Source of the DNA: an uncultured Candidatus Saccharibacteria bacterium
Lineage (GTDB): Bacteria > Patescibacteriota > Minisyncoccia > Phycocordibacterales > DSPV01
Assembly (NCBI GenBank): GCA_964617735.1
Contig: CAZTXT010000001.1
Location: 203,589 to 267,588 of the forward strand
Length of the DNA: 64,000 nucleotides
Direction of reading: 5' to 3'
Shown: one piece after another, positions 8,817 through 18,607 of the stretch
Numbering within the stretch: the first letter of the stretch is position 1
Layout: the number at the start of each line of letters is the position of its first letter
Notes under the pieces: model-generated
The model's database searches: none
What the model saw: the letters and a program-made list of their open reading frames with translations, nothing else
What the model was told of the DNA's origin: nothing
Translations under genes and position numbers: made by a program

Positions 8817-9125
8817 ATGAGAATCAAAAAAGGAGACAACGTAATAGTGATATCTGGGTCTGATAAAGGGAAGACCGGAAAGGTTTTGAAGGCTTTTCCT
8901 GTGGAAGGGACCGTCGTGGTGGAGGGTGTAAATATGCACAAGAAACACAGCCGGGCGGGCCGCACGGATCAGAAGGGGCAAGTAGTGGATAAAACCATGC
9001 CGATACACGCATCGAATGTCGCTGTCCTCGATCCGTCGAGCGGCAAGGCGACTCGCGTTGGCAAGAAGCTCATCGGAGAGAAGTATATCCGGATCGCACG
9101 AAAAAGCGGAGCAACACTTTCGTAA
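8817..9125 (+). CDS. rplX: 50S ribosomal protein L24
   Basis: MRIKKGDNVIVISGSDKGKTGKVLK (KOW motif). Confidence 0.92.
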   Translation: MRIKKGDNVIVISGSDKGKTGKVLKAFPVEGTVVVEGVNMHKKHSRAGRTDQKGQVVDKTMPIHASNVAVLDPSSGKATRVGKKLIGEKYIRIARKSGATLS

Positions 9126-9136
9126 ACTTTCTTACC

Positions 9137-9676
9137 ATGCAGACGATCAAAGAAAAATCTAATATCTCTTTTAAAAATCTCGAGAAGACGTTGAGTCTTA
9201 GAAACGTCATGCAAACTCCGCGCCTCATCAAGGCGGTGGTGAGCGTCGGCACTGGTTCTTTCAAGGATAAGAAAAAGAATGAAGTCGTGCAGGATCGCCT
9301 TACCAAGATCACCGGACAAAAGCCAGCTCCGCGCGGCGCGAAGAAGTCCATTGCGTCATTCAAGAGCCGCCAAGGCGACGTCATCGGCTTCCAGGTGACC
9401 CTGCGGGGCAAGCGTATGCAGGATTTCCTCGATCGGCTGCTCAATATCGCGCTTCCGCGTACCAAAGATTTCAAAGGCCTTTCTACCGATTCTATCGACG
9501 AGATGGGCAATCTGACGATCGGCATCAAAGAACACACGATCTTTCCGGAAACCGTTGATGAAGAACTCAAAGATGTCTTTGGTCTCTCCGTCACCGTAGT
9601 AACGACCGCATCGGATAAAGAATCTGCGCGGGCGCTGTTCTCGCACCTCGGTTTTCCCTTCAAAAAAGGTGCGTAG
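9137..9676 (+). CDS. rplE: 50S ribosomal protein L5
   Basis: operon position; MQTPRLIKAVVSVGTG...GFPF. Confidence 0.93.
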   Translation: MQTIKEKSNISFKNLEKTLSLRNVMQTPRLIKAVVSVGTGSFKDKKKNEVVQDRLTKITGQKPAPRGAKKSIASFKSRQGDVIGFQVTLRGKRMQDFLDRLLNIALPRTKDFKGLSTDSIDEMGNLTIGIKEHTIFPETVDEELKDVFGLSVTVVTTASDKESARALFSHLGFPFKKGA

Positions 9677-9730
9677 TCAGGTGTATAAGCCTCTTTGCGC
9701 CCAAAAGGCGCTATGCTACCATAGAAATCT

Positions 9731-10966
9731 ATGGCAGTTACTCCACAACTCACTCAATATATAAACCAGGCTCGGAAGGCGGGCATGACGGACGAGCAGA
9801 TAAAGGCAGAGCTCTTAAGGGCTGGCTGGAGTGCAACAGATGTTGAGGCGGTTCTTCCGCCGAGCGATCCCGTTCCGCCGATTCCGGCGCTCCAAACCAT
9901 GTTCCAGCAGGCCGCACAGGCTGCTACGGCGATGCCTCAACCGCAGATGCCGGTCAAACGCCGCAGTCATGCGGGCTTTTGGATAACAGTCATCATCCTC
10001 CTCCTCGCCGGCGGAGCGGCTTACTATTTCCTCCCGCAACTCACCACACTCTATGATAAATACTTTGGGGCATCAGAGAGTACGAACCTCTTGCCCTATA
10101 CTCCTCCGGTAACCGATGTGAATTCCGAAAACCCTGCTATTCCGAATCCAACCGAAGCGACTTCAACCGAGGGCTGGAAGACATATACAAACGACAAGTA
10201 TGGGTTTGAGTTTCAGTATCCGGCAGATATGAACATAATTCCTGTGGAGGAGGGCCAAGTTAACTTGGCAAATCAAAAACAGCCACCACCAGTGGCAACG
10301 GAACCACCAAGTCCACTGATGCTGTTCTTTGAGGAGAGTTCAAGTAATTCTTTGGAATGGGCAAGTAAAAGATTGCAAAAGTTTGGTGGCGTACGTGAAG
10401 TTACATACCTCGAAAAGAATCTTCCACTGTTCAAAGGGGTGAATGGTGTTTTAACTTTTGAATTGGTTGATGAAATAACAGAGAAGCCTGGATACGCGTT
10501 TAGTAAAAACGGAGTCAACTATGCCTTTTTGAGCGGGATAAGTGGAAATACCAAGTTGGTTAAAATCCTCTCAACCTTCAAATTTGTTTCCTCGACGACA
10601 TCGGTTACTGACTCTCAAGCTATACAGGAGTTGGTTACCACACAACTCTCTGAACTAAGAGCGGTCACTTCTTTTCAGCAAGCCGAGGCCATTGCTTTAA
10701 AGTATGGCACGAGCGCTTATATTCAAAAGATTAAGTCCCAACAGCAGCAAATAGACTCTCTTCCGGATTCTTTTAAAGAAAGCATGGTGAAGACGTTTGT
10801 AAGCAGCTTACCTAATAGTTCTTTCCAATTCACTTCGGTAAATATTTCAGGGGACGGAGCAACCGCAATAATTTCTGATGGTAAGACCACCGGTACCATC
10901 ACTCTCAAAAAAGAGAGTGGACTATGGAAAATAGACAATGAGGCCTACAAAGAAACGGCCAATTAA
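9731..10966 (+). CDS. membrane-anchored hypothetical protein (411 aa) inside the spc-type operon; N-terminal ~40-aa module shared with gene 28116..28778
   Basis: N-terminus LTQYINQARKAGMTDEQIKAELLRAGWSATDVEAVL then one TM helix (FWITVIILLLAGGAAYYFL); 3' two-thirds markedly AT-richer than 5' third. Confidence 0.65.
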   Translation: MAVTPQLTQYINQARKAGMTDEQIKAELLRAGWSATDVEAVLPPSDPVPPIPALQTMFQQAAQAATAMPQPQMPVKRRSHAGFWITVIILLLAGGAAYYFLPQLTTLYDKYFGASESTNLLPYTPPVTDVNSENPAIPNPTEATSTEGWKTYTNDKYGFEFQYPADMNIIPVEEGQVNLANQKQPPPVATEPPSPLMLFFEESSSNSLEWASKRLQKFGGVREVTYLEKNLPLFKGVNGVLTFELVDEITEKPGYAFSKNGVNYAFLSGISGNTKLVKILSTFKFVSSTTSVTDSQAIQELVTTQLSELRAVTSFQQAEAIALKYGTSAYIQKIKSQQQQIDSLPDSFKESMVKTFVSSLPNSSFQFTSVNISGDGATAIISDGKTTGTITLKKESGLWKIDNEAYKETAN

Positions 10967-11099
10967 TACTTAATGCATGTTCTCGAAGAGTCAGACACTT
11001 AGCTGGTTATAAAACAGCCGAGGTTTATTGGGGAGTAATAGCTGGTTTTGTTTTTTTGCTACAATCTTCAATATGTCGTCTAATCCTCATTTTCTTTTA

Positions 11100-11129
11100 T
11101 TGACACCCCCTCTTCTCCTCTGCTAGTAT
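11100..11129 (+). promoter_or_regulatory. sigma70-like promoter (TTGACA-18-TAGTAT) in the 280-bp gap before rpsZ
   Basis: consensus -35 and near-consensus -10; ~120-nt leader containing a gcgc-taac-gcgc hairpin. Confidence 0.4.
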
Positions 11130-11249
11130 GGCTCTGCGCTAACGCGCTATAGGTAATTGGCACTGTTGGAGTCTCCGCCCCGGTATATACAGATAATGGA
11201 TGAGGCGAGAGATACCCACCGAACCAATTATTTTTATTGTTTTCAAAAA

Positions 11250-11435
11250 ATGGCGAAAACATCCACATACGTACGGTCGCTCAAGAAACCCAAGTACAAA
11301 AGCCGCGTGGTCCGGCGCTGTTTCCGTTGCGGTAGGAAGCGTGGATTTATGCGTGACTTCGGACTCTGCCGCATCTGCTTCCGTGAGTTTGCCAATGAGG
11401 GCATGATACCCGGTATTCGAAAATCGTCATGGTAG
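11250..11435 (+). CDS. rpsZ: 30S ribosomal protein S14, type Z (Zn-ribbon, 61 aa)
   Basis: MAKTSTYVRSLKKPKYKSRVVRRCFRCGRKRGFMRDFGLCRICFRE: CxxC...CxxC short form; start at internal ATG 11250. Confidence 0.85.
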   Translation: MAKTSTYVRSLKKPKYKSRVVRRCFRCGRKRGFMRDFGLCRICFREFANEGMIPGIRKSSW

Positions 11436-11824
11436 TCGATAATTTATCAAACTTCATAGTCAAATTACAGAACGCGGGACGCGCTGGCCACCCTTCCGTC
11501 TCTTTTCCTTACTCAAAACTCTTGGCCGCAGTCGCCGAGGTGCTCCAGAAAGAGGGGTATCTCATCGCCGTAGAGCGCAAGGGCAAGAAAATGCATAAAT
11601 TCCTCGAAGTCACGCTCGCATTTAACGAGCACAAGCAACCAAAACTGAACGGTGTCGCGCGCATCTCGAAGCCCTCGCGCCGCGTGTATGTGAAGTCCAC
11701 CCACCTCTACCCGGTCTTAAACGGCCTCGGACGCTCTATCCTTTCAACTCCGAAAGGGATTATGACCAACATTACCGCCCGAAAACAAAAGATCGGAGGG
11801 GAGTTATTGTTCAAAATCTGGTAA
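11429..11824 (+). CDS. rpsH: 30S ribosomal protein S8
   Basis: operon position; ends with the LSTPKGIMT motif. Confidence 0.93.
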   Translation: MVVDNLSNFIVKLQNAGRAGHPSVSFPYSKLLAAVAEVLQKEGYLIAVERKGKKMHKFLEVTLAFNEHKQPKLNGVARISKPSRRVYVKSTHLYPVLNGLGRSILSTPKGIMTNITARKQKIGGELLFKIW

Positions 11825-11827
11825 AAC

Positions 11828-12370
11828 ATGTCTAGACTCGCTAAAAAACCGATCGCTATCCCCGAAAAGACACAGGTAAGTGTCGCTAATGGGCGTGTAA
11901 CCGTAAAAGGTCCGCTCGGCGAGATCACCCGCCAGTTCCGCCCGGTCATCGCGGTTGAAGTGGGAAGCGGAAGTGCAACACTGACCCCGAAAAGCGCTTC
12001 GAATGAAACCCGCGCTCTCTGGGGGACCTACGCGTCCCATCTCAAGAGCATGATAGCTGGCGTCAACAAGCCATTCGAGAAGAAACTGGTCATTGAAGGC
12101 ATCGGCTACAAGGCGGATGCGAAGGGGAATGAAATCACCCTCTCCCTTGGTTTCTCTCACCCAGTCAAAGTTCCCATTCCGACCGGCATTACGGTCAAGA
12201 CCGAAAAAGGGGTGATAACCATCTCGGGTATTGATAAAGAGCAGGTCGGACGCTTCGCCGCGGAACTGCGCGCGATGAAAAAGCCCGAGCCGTACAAAGG
12301 CAAGGGCATCAGGTATGAAGGTGAGCAGATCAAGCGGAAGCAGGGTAAGAAGGCTGTCGCAAGCGGATAA
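11828..12370 (+). CDS. rplF: 50S ribosomal protein L6
   Basis: MSRLAKKPIAIPEKTQV...GYKA; two L6 repeats. Confidence 0.93.
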   Translation: MSRLAKKPIAIPEKTQVSVANGRVTVKGPLGEITRQFRPVIAVEVGSGSATLTPKSASNETRALWGTYASHLKSMIAGVNKPFEKKLVIEGIGYKADAKGNEITLSLGFSHPVKVPIPTGITVKTEKGVITISGIDKEQVGRFAAELRAMKKPEPYKGKGIRYEGEQIKRKQGKKAVASG

Positions 12371-12372
12371 TC

Positions 12373-12726
12373 ATGAAACACGACAAAAACAAAAAACATC
12401 TGCAGCGAGCGCGCAGACATGCGCGTGTCCGCGCGAGAGTTTCTGGAACTTCCAAACGTCCGCGTCTCTCGGTATTCAAGTCCAATAAGTACATCTATGT
12501 TCAGCTGATCGACGACACGACTGGAAAAACCATCGCCGCCGCTTCCACTAAAGGAGAGAAAAAAGGCTCGATGATAGAGAAGGCAAAAGCGCTTGGAAAA
12601 ACCATCGCCTCGCTTGCTAGCACGCACAAGCTCTCCCAGGTCGCTTTTGATCGTGGCGGCTATATCTATACCGGGCGGGTCAAGGCAGTTGCGGATGGTG
12701 CACGGGAGGGGGGATTGAAATTTTAA
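12373..12726 (+). CDS. rplR: 50S ribosomal protein L18
   Basis: RPRLSVFKSNKYIYVQLIDD...FDRGGYIYTGRVKAVADGAREGGLKF. Confidence 0.9.
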   Translation: MKHDKNKKHLQRARRHARVRARVSGTSKRPRLSVFKSNKYIYVQLIDDTTGKTIAAASTKGEKKGSMIEKAKALGKTIASLASTHKLSQVAFDRGGYIYTGRVKAVADGAREGGLKF

Positions 12727-12734
12727 TATAAACC

Positions 12735-13427
12735 ATGAATCCAGAAGAAGTGAAAAAGGAAGAGGTGATCGAAACAGGGGCTCCAGCCGTTGCACAAGCT
12801 CCTGCCTCCAACTCCAACGCGCCCGCGAAGAAAGAGCGTTTTTTCTCTGCGGCGCCCGATCGCCAGTCTTTGCGGAAAAAGAACGTCCGTCGCAGCTCTC
12901 GTGAGCCGCGGGCGCGTTCCGAATTCGACCAGAAAATCATCACTATACGCCGCGTTGCGCGTGTCTCGAAAGGCGGCCGTCGTTTCAGTTTCAGCGTAGC
13001 GATGATACTCGGCAATCGCCACGGATCGGTCGGTGTCGGTACCGGAAAAGGCTCTGATACGGCTATCGCCATCGACAAAGCGATGCGCAACGCCAAAAAG
13101 AACATGCGGCAGCTCATGCTCACTCCGTCGAGCTCCATCGCGCACCGCGTCGAAGCGAAATTCTCCAGCGCGCGCATCATGCTCCAGCCCGCGCCGGGCC
13201 GCGGTGTGGTCGCGGGAAGCGCGGTCCGCTCTGTCCTAGAGCTCGCCGGCATCAAAGACATCACGGCAAAGATATTCTCTCCAAGCAAAAACACGCTCAA
13301 CACCGCCCGCGCTACCCTGCAGGCGCTCTTGCAGTTGCGGACACGGATACCACGGACTACAAAGGCAGGTGTTAACGAAAGCGCGCCCGTGGCTGCGGCA
13401 GAGGTAGCAGCGCCGGCGAGCGAATAG
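12735..13427 (+). CDS. rpsE: 30S ribosomal protein S5 (extended N- and C-termini)
   Basis: ITIRRVARVSKGGRRFSFSVAMILGNRHGSVGVGTGKG; ends with the LELAGIKDI motif. Confidence 0.93.
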   Translation: MNPEEVKKEEVIETGAPAVAQAPASNSNAPAKKERFFSAAPDRQSLRKKNVRRSSREPRARSEFDQKIITIRRVARVSKGGRRFSFSVAMILGNRHGSVGVGTGKGSDTAIAIDKAMRNAKKNMRQLMLTPSSSIAHRVEAKFSSARIMLQPAPGRGVVAGSAVRSVLELAGIKDITAKIFSPSKNTLNTARATLQALLQLRTRIPRTTKAGVNESAPVAAAEVAAPASE

Positions 13428-13447
13428 ATTTTCAATCTTCTACAACC

Positions 13448-13891
13448 ATGCAATTACATAACGTACAACGAAATACCAAACGCAAATACTCACAGTCCGT
13501 GGGTAGGGGCGGCAAGCGCGGCAAGACTTCCGGTCGCGGCACGAAAGGGCAGAAAGCCCGCGCTGGTCACAAGATCCGTCCGGAGGCACGGGATGTCATC
13601 ATGCGCCTGCCGAAACTGCGCGGGTATCGTTTCAAGTCGCGTTTTGAGGCGAGTGTTCCTGTCAGTTTAGAAATCATCGAACAAAAGTTCTCTGCGGGGG
13701 ATACGGTTACACCCCAGAGCCTCTTAGAAAAAGGCATCCTCTCGAGAGAGAGTGGCAGCATCCCGACAGTCAAGATTCTCTCTGACGGAGCATTGACGAA
13801 AAAGATCACGGTGCAAGGCTGTGCGATCTCTGCCGCGGCGCGAGCGAAGATCGAGAAAGCCGGCGGCGCGGTAGTAGCATCTAAGCAATAG
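13448..13891 (+). CDS. rplO: 50S ribosomal protein L15 (directly after rpsE; no rpmD/L30)
   Basis: GRGGKRGKTSGRGTKGQKARAG motif. Confidence 0.92.
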   Translation: MQLHNVQRNTKRKYSQSVGRGGKRGKTSGRGTKGQKARAGHKIRPEARDVIMRLPKLRGYRFKSRFEASVPVSLEIIEQKFSAGDTVTPQSLLEKGILSRESGSIPTVKILSDGALTKKITVQGCAISAAARAKIEKAGGAVVASKQ

Positions 13892-13905
13892 CGCCTTCGA
13901 CCCCG

Positions 13906-15177
13906 ATGCCATCCTTCGTCCAAAAACTCACCCAGATATTCAAGGATCCCATCCTGCGCAAACGCGTGTTCTTTACGGTCGGTGCGCTCATTATCTTCAG
14001 GCTGCTGGCGACCATTCCTATCCCGGGCATCGATCCGGTGCAATTGCGCAATGTCTTTTCCAATAACCAATTCCTCGGACTGCTCGACATCTTCTCCGGC
14101 GGAGGGCTCTCCAACCTCTCCATCATGATGCTCGGCGTCGGTCCTTTTATCACCGCGACCATCATCATGCAGCTTTTGACCATGGTTTTCCCGAAGCTCA
14201 AAGCGCTCTATCAGGAAGAAGGAGAAGCGGGACGCGTGAAATTCGCCCAGTATTCGAGATTGATCACAGTGCCACTCTCGTTCATTCAGGGCTACGGCTT
14301 TCTCATCCTACTTGAGCGCCAGCAGGTGGTAACACACCTCAATGCGTTCGGGCTTTTTATCAATGTCGTTATGATCATGGGAGGGGCGCTCTTGTTGATG
14401 TGGATCGGCGAGCTTATCACCGAGTTTGGTATCGGCAACGGCGTCTCGCTGCTCATCTTCGCGGGTATAGTCTCGCGCATCCCGACGGCGACCAGCCAGC
14501 TTATCTTTAACTTCGATAGCGCGCAGATACCGCTTTATATTGGCTTTCTCATCGCAGCCCTCCTCATCGTCTTTGGTGTTGTGGTGATCACCGAGGCGGA
14601 GCGTCCGATACCGGTCACCTATGCGCGGCGCGTGCGCGGCATGAAAGTCTACGGTGGCGTCTCGACATATTTGCCGCTTCGCCTCAATCAAGCCGGTGTC
14701 ATCCCGATCATCTTCGCGCTTTCCATTCTTTTGTTCCCGCAAATGATCGCAAATTTCCTTTCTGGCGTGAACAACCCCATCGTGCAGAGCATCTCATCCG
14801 CGCTTCTCTCCTTCCTTTCCAACGTCTGGCTCTACTCCATCGTGTATTTCGTGCTCGTCGTGGTATTTACCTACTTCTATACGGCGGTCACCTTCGATCC
14901 CCATCAGCTCTCGACTAACTTGCAGAAAAACGGAGCGTTCATCCCCGGTGTCCGGCCCGGACAGTCTACGGCAGAATATATCTCGCGCATCTTGACGCGT
15001 ATCACGCTCGTCGGCGCGCTCTTCCTTGGTATCGTCGCTATCTTGCCGCTTCTGATGCGCAATATCACCGGCAATACCCAGCTTGCGATCGGCGGAACGG
15101 CGCTTCTCATCGTCGTCTCGGTAGTGCTCGATCTCATGAAAAAGATCGACGCGCAGATCTCAATGCGGGAATACTAA
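13906..15177 (+). CDS. secY: preprotein translocase subunit SecY
   Basis: 10-TM protein; LGVGPFITATIIMQLL and GIRPGQ-like motifs; follows rplO. Confidence 0.95.
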   Translation: MPSFVQKLTQIFKDPILRKRVFFTVGALIIFRLLATIPIPGIDPVQLRNVFSNNQFLGLLDIFSGGGLSNLSIMMLGVGPFITATIIMQLLTMVFPKLKALYQEEGEAGRVKFAQYSRLITVPLSFIQGYGFLILLERQQVVTHLNAFGLFINVVMIMGGALLLMWIGELITEFGIGNGVSLLIFAGIVSRIPTATSQLIFNFDSAQIPLYIGFLIAALLIVFGVVVITEAERPIPVTYARRVRGMKVYGGVSTYLPLRLNQAGVIPIIFALSILLFPQMIANFLSGVNNPIVQSISSALLSFLSNVWLYSIVYFVLVVVFTYFYTAVTFDPHQLSTNLQKNGAFIPGVRPGQSTAEYISRILTRITLVGALFLGIVAILPLLMRNITGNTQLAIGGTALLIVVSVVLDLMKKIDAQISMREY

Positions 15178-15182
15178 GCTTT

Positions 15183-15758
15183 TTACTGAAAAACATCGGA
15201 GATACAGTAGGTCCCGCCGTAGGCCGTATGGGGATTACCATTCATGAGGTCCGTAAAACCTCCGCCACTGTTTGCCTCCGCCCACGCGAAATTTCGTATC
15301 CCGGTCGGATCGGTGAAGAAGAGCATGTAGCGGAATTGTTTCCTACCGCAATAATAGGTTTCGGAATTACCGTTATTCGGCGTAGTCATGTATCCCATTA
15401 AGAATCCTGAAGAGAAGTCGGAGGAGGTGAAGTGCGGCAGTGCGGAGAGGTACCCACCGCTTTGCGTGAGTTCGGAGAGGGTGCTGCTGCAGGGAAAGAA
15501 TTGCGGAGGATTTGATTGATCCATTAGACACACCTCGGGGTTTCCCGTGGACACATCGTGCGGATAATTGCCGTTGTGATCTTGTGCATATTGGTCCAGG
15601 GCGATCTGAATCGAGCGGACGCTTTCAAGAACTTGCGCCCCCTTCGCGTTTTTCCGTGCATTGTTCAACGATGCGAGGACCATACTCGCAAGCAGATTAA
15701 TGATCGCGATGACGACTAACAATTCGATGAGTGTGAATGCGCGCTGTGTGCGGGGCAC
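15183..15758 (-). CDS. type IV pilin-like protein (prepilin N-terminal cleavage/methylation motif)
   Basis: N-terminus MPRTQRAFTLIELLVVIAIINLLASMVLASL; convergent with secY, wedged between secY and adk. Confidence 0.8.
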   Translation of the reverse strand: MPRTQRAFTLIELLVVIAIINLLASMVLASLNNARKNAKGAQVLESVRSIQIALDQYAQDHNGNYPHDVSTGNPEVCLMDQSNPPQFFPCSSTLSELTQSGGYLSALPHFTSSDFSSGFLMGYMTTPNNGNSETYYCGRKQFRYMLFFTDPTGIRNFAWAEANSGGGFTDLMNGNPHTAYGGTYCISDVFQ

Positions 15759-15933
15759 GAGGATCGTTATGCTAATTTGTATCTATAATCTCTATACCAG
15801 GGTGATGTTCTGCTGCGTGACGTATATAGATAGATTTTAACATATCTTTCCACTATTTTATCCGCTCGCGTTCATGCCGTTGCGATGAGGACATTGTGAA
15901 GCGCCTCTTTTTGCTCTATACTGTAGGTACGAC

Positions 15934-16536
15934 ATGGGGATACAGTCTTACGTTTTTATATTCATCGGACGCTCAGGCTGCGGCAAAGGCACGCAGGCTG
16001 ATTTGTTAATGAAATACCTCAAGAAAGTAGATCCTGACCGGGAGATTGTTAATCTCGAGACTGGAAAGCTCTATCGGGAATTTATCCAAGGCTTGACCCC
16101 TACCCAGCAGCTCTCAAAAAAGATAAATATGGCGGGCGGCTTACAACCCGAATTTTTAACGATATCGCGCTGGGCGGATTTTTTCATCCACAACTTAAAG
16201 ACCGATGTGCATCTGGTTATGGACGGTACGCCGCGCAAGTACAGCGAAGCGTTCACGCTCGATTCGGCACGAACCTTTTACAACTGGACCAAACCGCACG
16301 TCCTTTATCAGAACATCACCCGTGAAGAAGCGATGAGACGTCTTCTTTCTCGCGGCCGCAGCGATGACACGAAGGAAGCTATCGAGAAGCGGCTTGATTG
16401 GTTCGACACTGATGTCGCAAGGGCACTGACGTACTATGAAGATAACGGCGATTATTTCTTTCACGACATCGACGGGCATCGTCCTATCGAGCAGATCCAC
16501 GACATCATCCTCCAGCGGGTCGGACTGAAACCGTAA
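15934..16536 (+). CDS. adk: adenylate kinase (divergent, short LID)
   Basis: P-loop GRSGCGKGTQA; canonical position after secY. Confidence 0.78.
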   Translation: MGIQSYVFIFIGRSGCGKGTQADLLMKYLKKVDPDREIVNLETGKLYREFIQGLTPTQQLSKKINMAGGLQPEFLTISRWADFFIHNLKTDVHLVMDGTPRKYSEAFTLDSARTFYNWTKPHVLYQNITREEAMRRLLSRGRSDDTKEAIEKRLDWFDTDVARALTYYEDNGDYFFHDIDGHRPIEQIHDIILQRVGLKP

Positions 16537-16541
16537 CCTCC

Positions 16542-17315
16542 ATGATCACGATCAAAAACACCGAAGCGATCGCCATCCTGCGCGAGGGTGGCAAGCGTCT
16601 CGCCCAAGTCCTTAAAGCGGTGGAAGCAGCAGTGCGACCCGGCGTGAGCGCTCATGAATTGGATGCACTTGCGCGAAAATTGGTGCTCGACGGGGGTGAT
16701 ACGCCATCATTTCTAAACTATAAACCCAAGGGAGCACCACGACCCTACCCGGCAAGCCTCTGTGTCTCGGTTAATGATGAGGTGGTGCACGGGGTGCCTA
16801 ACGAATCAAAAAAGGTTCTCAAGGAAGGCGATATCGTTTCGCTCGATATGGGTCTTATCCATAACAAAATGTTCGTCGACAGCGCTATTACGATCGGCGT
16901 GGGGAAGATAGATCCTGCAGCGGAAAAGCTCATTGCAGTCACTCAACAGGCGCTCGTTGCTGGTATCGCGGCGGCGCGCTCCGGCAGTCATGTCGGCGAT
17001 GTCGGGTATGCTATCGAACACTTCATCAAGCCGTATCACTATGGCATCGTCCGAGAGCTTGCGGGTCACGGTGTCGGTTTTGCGGTGCATGAAGATCCGT
17101 ATATTCCGAATTTCGGCAAACGGGGGAAGGGAGCGGTGCTCAAGAGCGGAATGGTCATCGCGATCGAGCCGATGGTCAACGAGGGGAAAGCGGATGTCCG
17201 ACTTGATGAGGATGGGTTTACGTTCCGGACCGTCGACGGCAAACGCAGCGCGCATTTCGAACATACCCTCCTTATCACTGACGGGCCGGCCGAGGTTTTG
17301 ACCGCCGTTCCTTAG
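16542..17315 (+). CDS. map: methionine aminopeptidase type I
   Basis: pita-bread fold metal ligands (D..D..H..E..E); VHGVP and GHGVG motifs. Confidence 0.93.
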   Translation: MITIKNTEAIAILREGGKRLAQVLKAVEAAVRPGVSAHELDALARKLVLDGGDTPSFLNYKPKGAPRPYPASLCVSVNDEVVHGVPNESKKVLKEGDIVSLDMGLIHNKMFVDSAITIGVGKIDPAAEKLIAVTQQALVAGIAAARSGSHVGDVGYAIEHFIKPYHYGIVRELAGHGVGFAVHEDPYIPNFGKRGKGAVLKSGMVIAIEPMVNEGKADVRLDEDGFTFRTVDGKRSAHFEHTLLITDGPAEVLTAVP

Positions 17316-17355
17316 TTGCGCGGCGAGATGGATTTGGTACTATGAGCTTCTTATT

Positions 17356-17967
17356 ATGAAAACGGCGCATCCGAAATTCGAGCGAACATTCGTTATCGTC
17401 AAACCTGACGGCGTCCAACGCTCGCTCATCGGCGAGATCGTCCGACGTTTTGAGAATGTCGGGCTCAAACTCTCCGGCATAAAAATGCTCGTTCCGTCGG
17501 CAAAGCACGTGGAAACGCACTACACGCTTGACCCTCATTGGCGGCGCGTAACCGGAGAGAAGACGATCAAGGGATACAAAGCGAAAGGGCTGACCCCTCC
17601 ATCGGAAGATCCGCTTGAGATAACCGCGAAGATCCTTGCAGGTCTGGTGAAATATCTCACCTCGGGCCCCGTCGTCGCGATGGTTTGGGAGGGCGCGCAT
17701 GCGGTGGGTATTGTGCGCAAGTTGGTCGGGGGGACGGAGCCCTTAACCTCTGACGTCGGGACCATCCGCGGAGATTACGTTCTTGATTCCTATCAGATGT
17801 CAGACACCGACAACCGCGCGGTGCGCAATCTTGTACACGCTTCGGGCTCGGTCAAGGAGGCCGAAATGGAGATAGAGCACTGGTTTTCAGAGAAGGAGCT
17901 CATCGACTATCGGCTGGTGCAGGAGCAGATCATCTATGATGTGAATCTTGACGGCATTCTGGAATAG
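17356..17967 (+). CDS. ndk: nucleoside diphosphate kinase (with ~50-aa insertion)
   Basis: ERTFVIVKPDGVQR...NLVHASGS (NIIHGSD-like active-site His). Confidence 0.85.
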   Translation: MKTAHPKFERTFVIVKPDGVQRSLIGEIVRRFENVGLKLSGIKMLVPSAKHVETHYTLDPHWRRVTGEKTIKGYKAKGLTPPSEDPLEITAKILAGLVKYLTSGPVVAMVWEGAHAVGIVRKLVGGTEPLTSDVGTIRGDYVLDSYQMSDTDNRAVRNLVHASGSVKEAEMEIEHWFSEKELIDYRLVQEQIIYDVNLDGILE

Positions 17968-18250
17968 ATGTCGAGCCGAGTTTTGTTGAAAACATGTTCC
18001 TAAACTGTGTTTGAATTCTTCGGATGAGGCCGTTTTTACGTTCCTTTTTCTCCGAAGCTATTTTGGCCTTCCCTAAATTTTCATGAACTGTGTTTTACAC
18101 TGTACATGGTTATCTGTATGTGACCAGGCGTTTTAACGCTCACAGAGCTTTTTATCGGATGCTGCGATGAGTGAATCCCATTCTGACCGGCATTCGAATG
18201 CAAGCCCACTTAATATATTTAGCTGGCTCCACATGCAGAAGCCGTTGCCG

Positions 18251-18290
18251 GAACTACCTCTTGCGCAGAAGCGCAAGAGGTAGTTCTTTT
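18251..18290 (+). terminator. perfect 16-bp hairpin plus U-tract (terminator or structured RNA 3' end)
   Basis: gaactacctcttgcgc-agaa-gcgcaagaggtagttc then tttt; lies 280 bp after ndk inside an ORF-free region. Confidence 0.55.
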
Positions 18291-18607
18291 ACGCTGTCGC
18301 GCTTCGTGTTCTCTAGTGCACGGCGTGTATTGTCACGCGCATTCGAAGCGTTATACTGTATGCAGGGTTATTTGAAGTATTAACTCTATACAATTTTTAA
18401 GGGAACCCGAAATGTCCGCGTCGTGGTTGAGCCCAGAACTTATTTTGCGAACGTCGCCGAATGAGTTCTGGGTTCCGATCGACATTATGCGGCTGTGGTA
18501 CCCACCTAAGCAAAGCTTAGGGCCAATACTCTCAAGTGACCCTGAAATAAGACTCTGACGCGCAGTGCGTTGGAGTTTTACTTTTTACATTGTTATACTC
18601 ATGCAGT

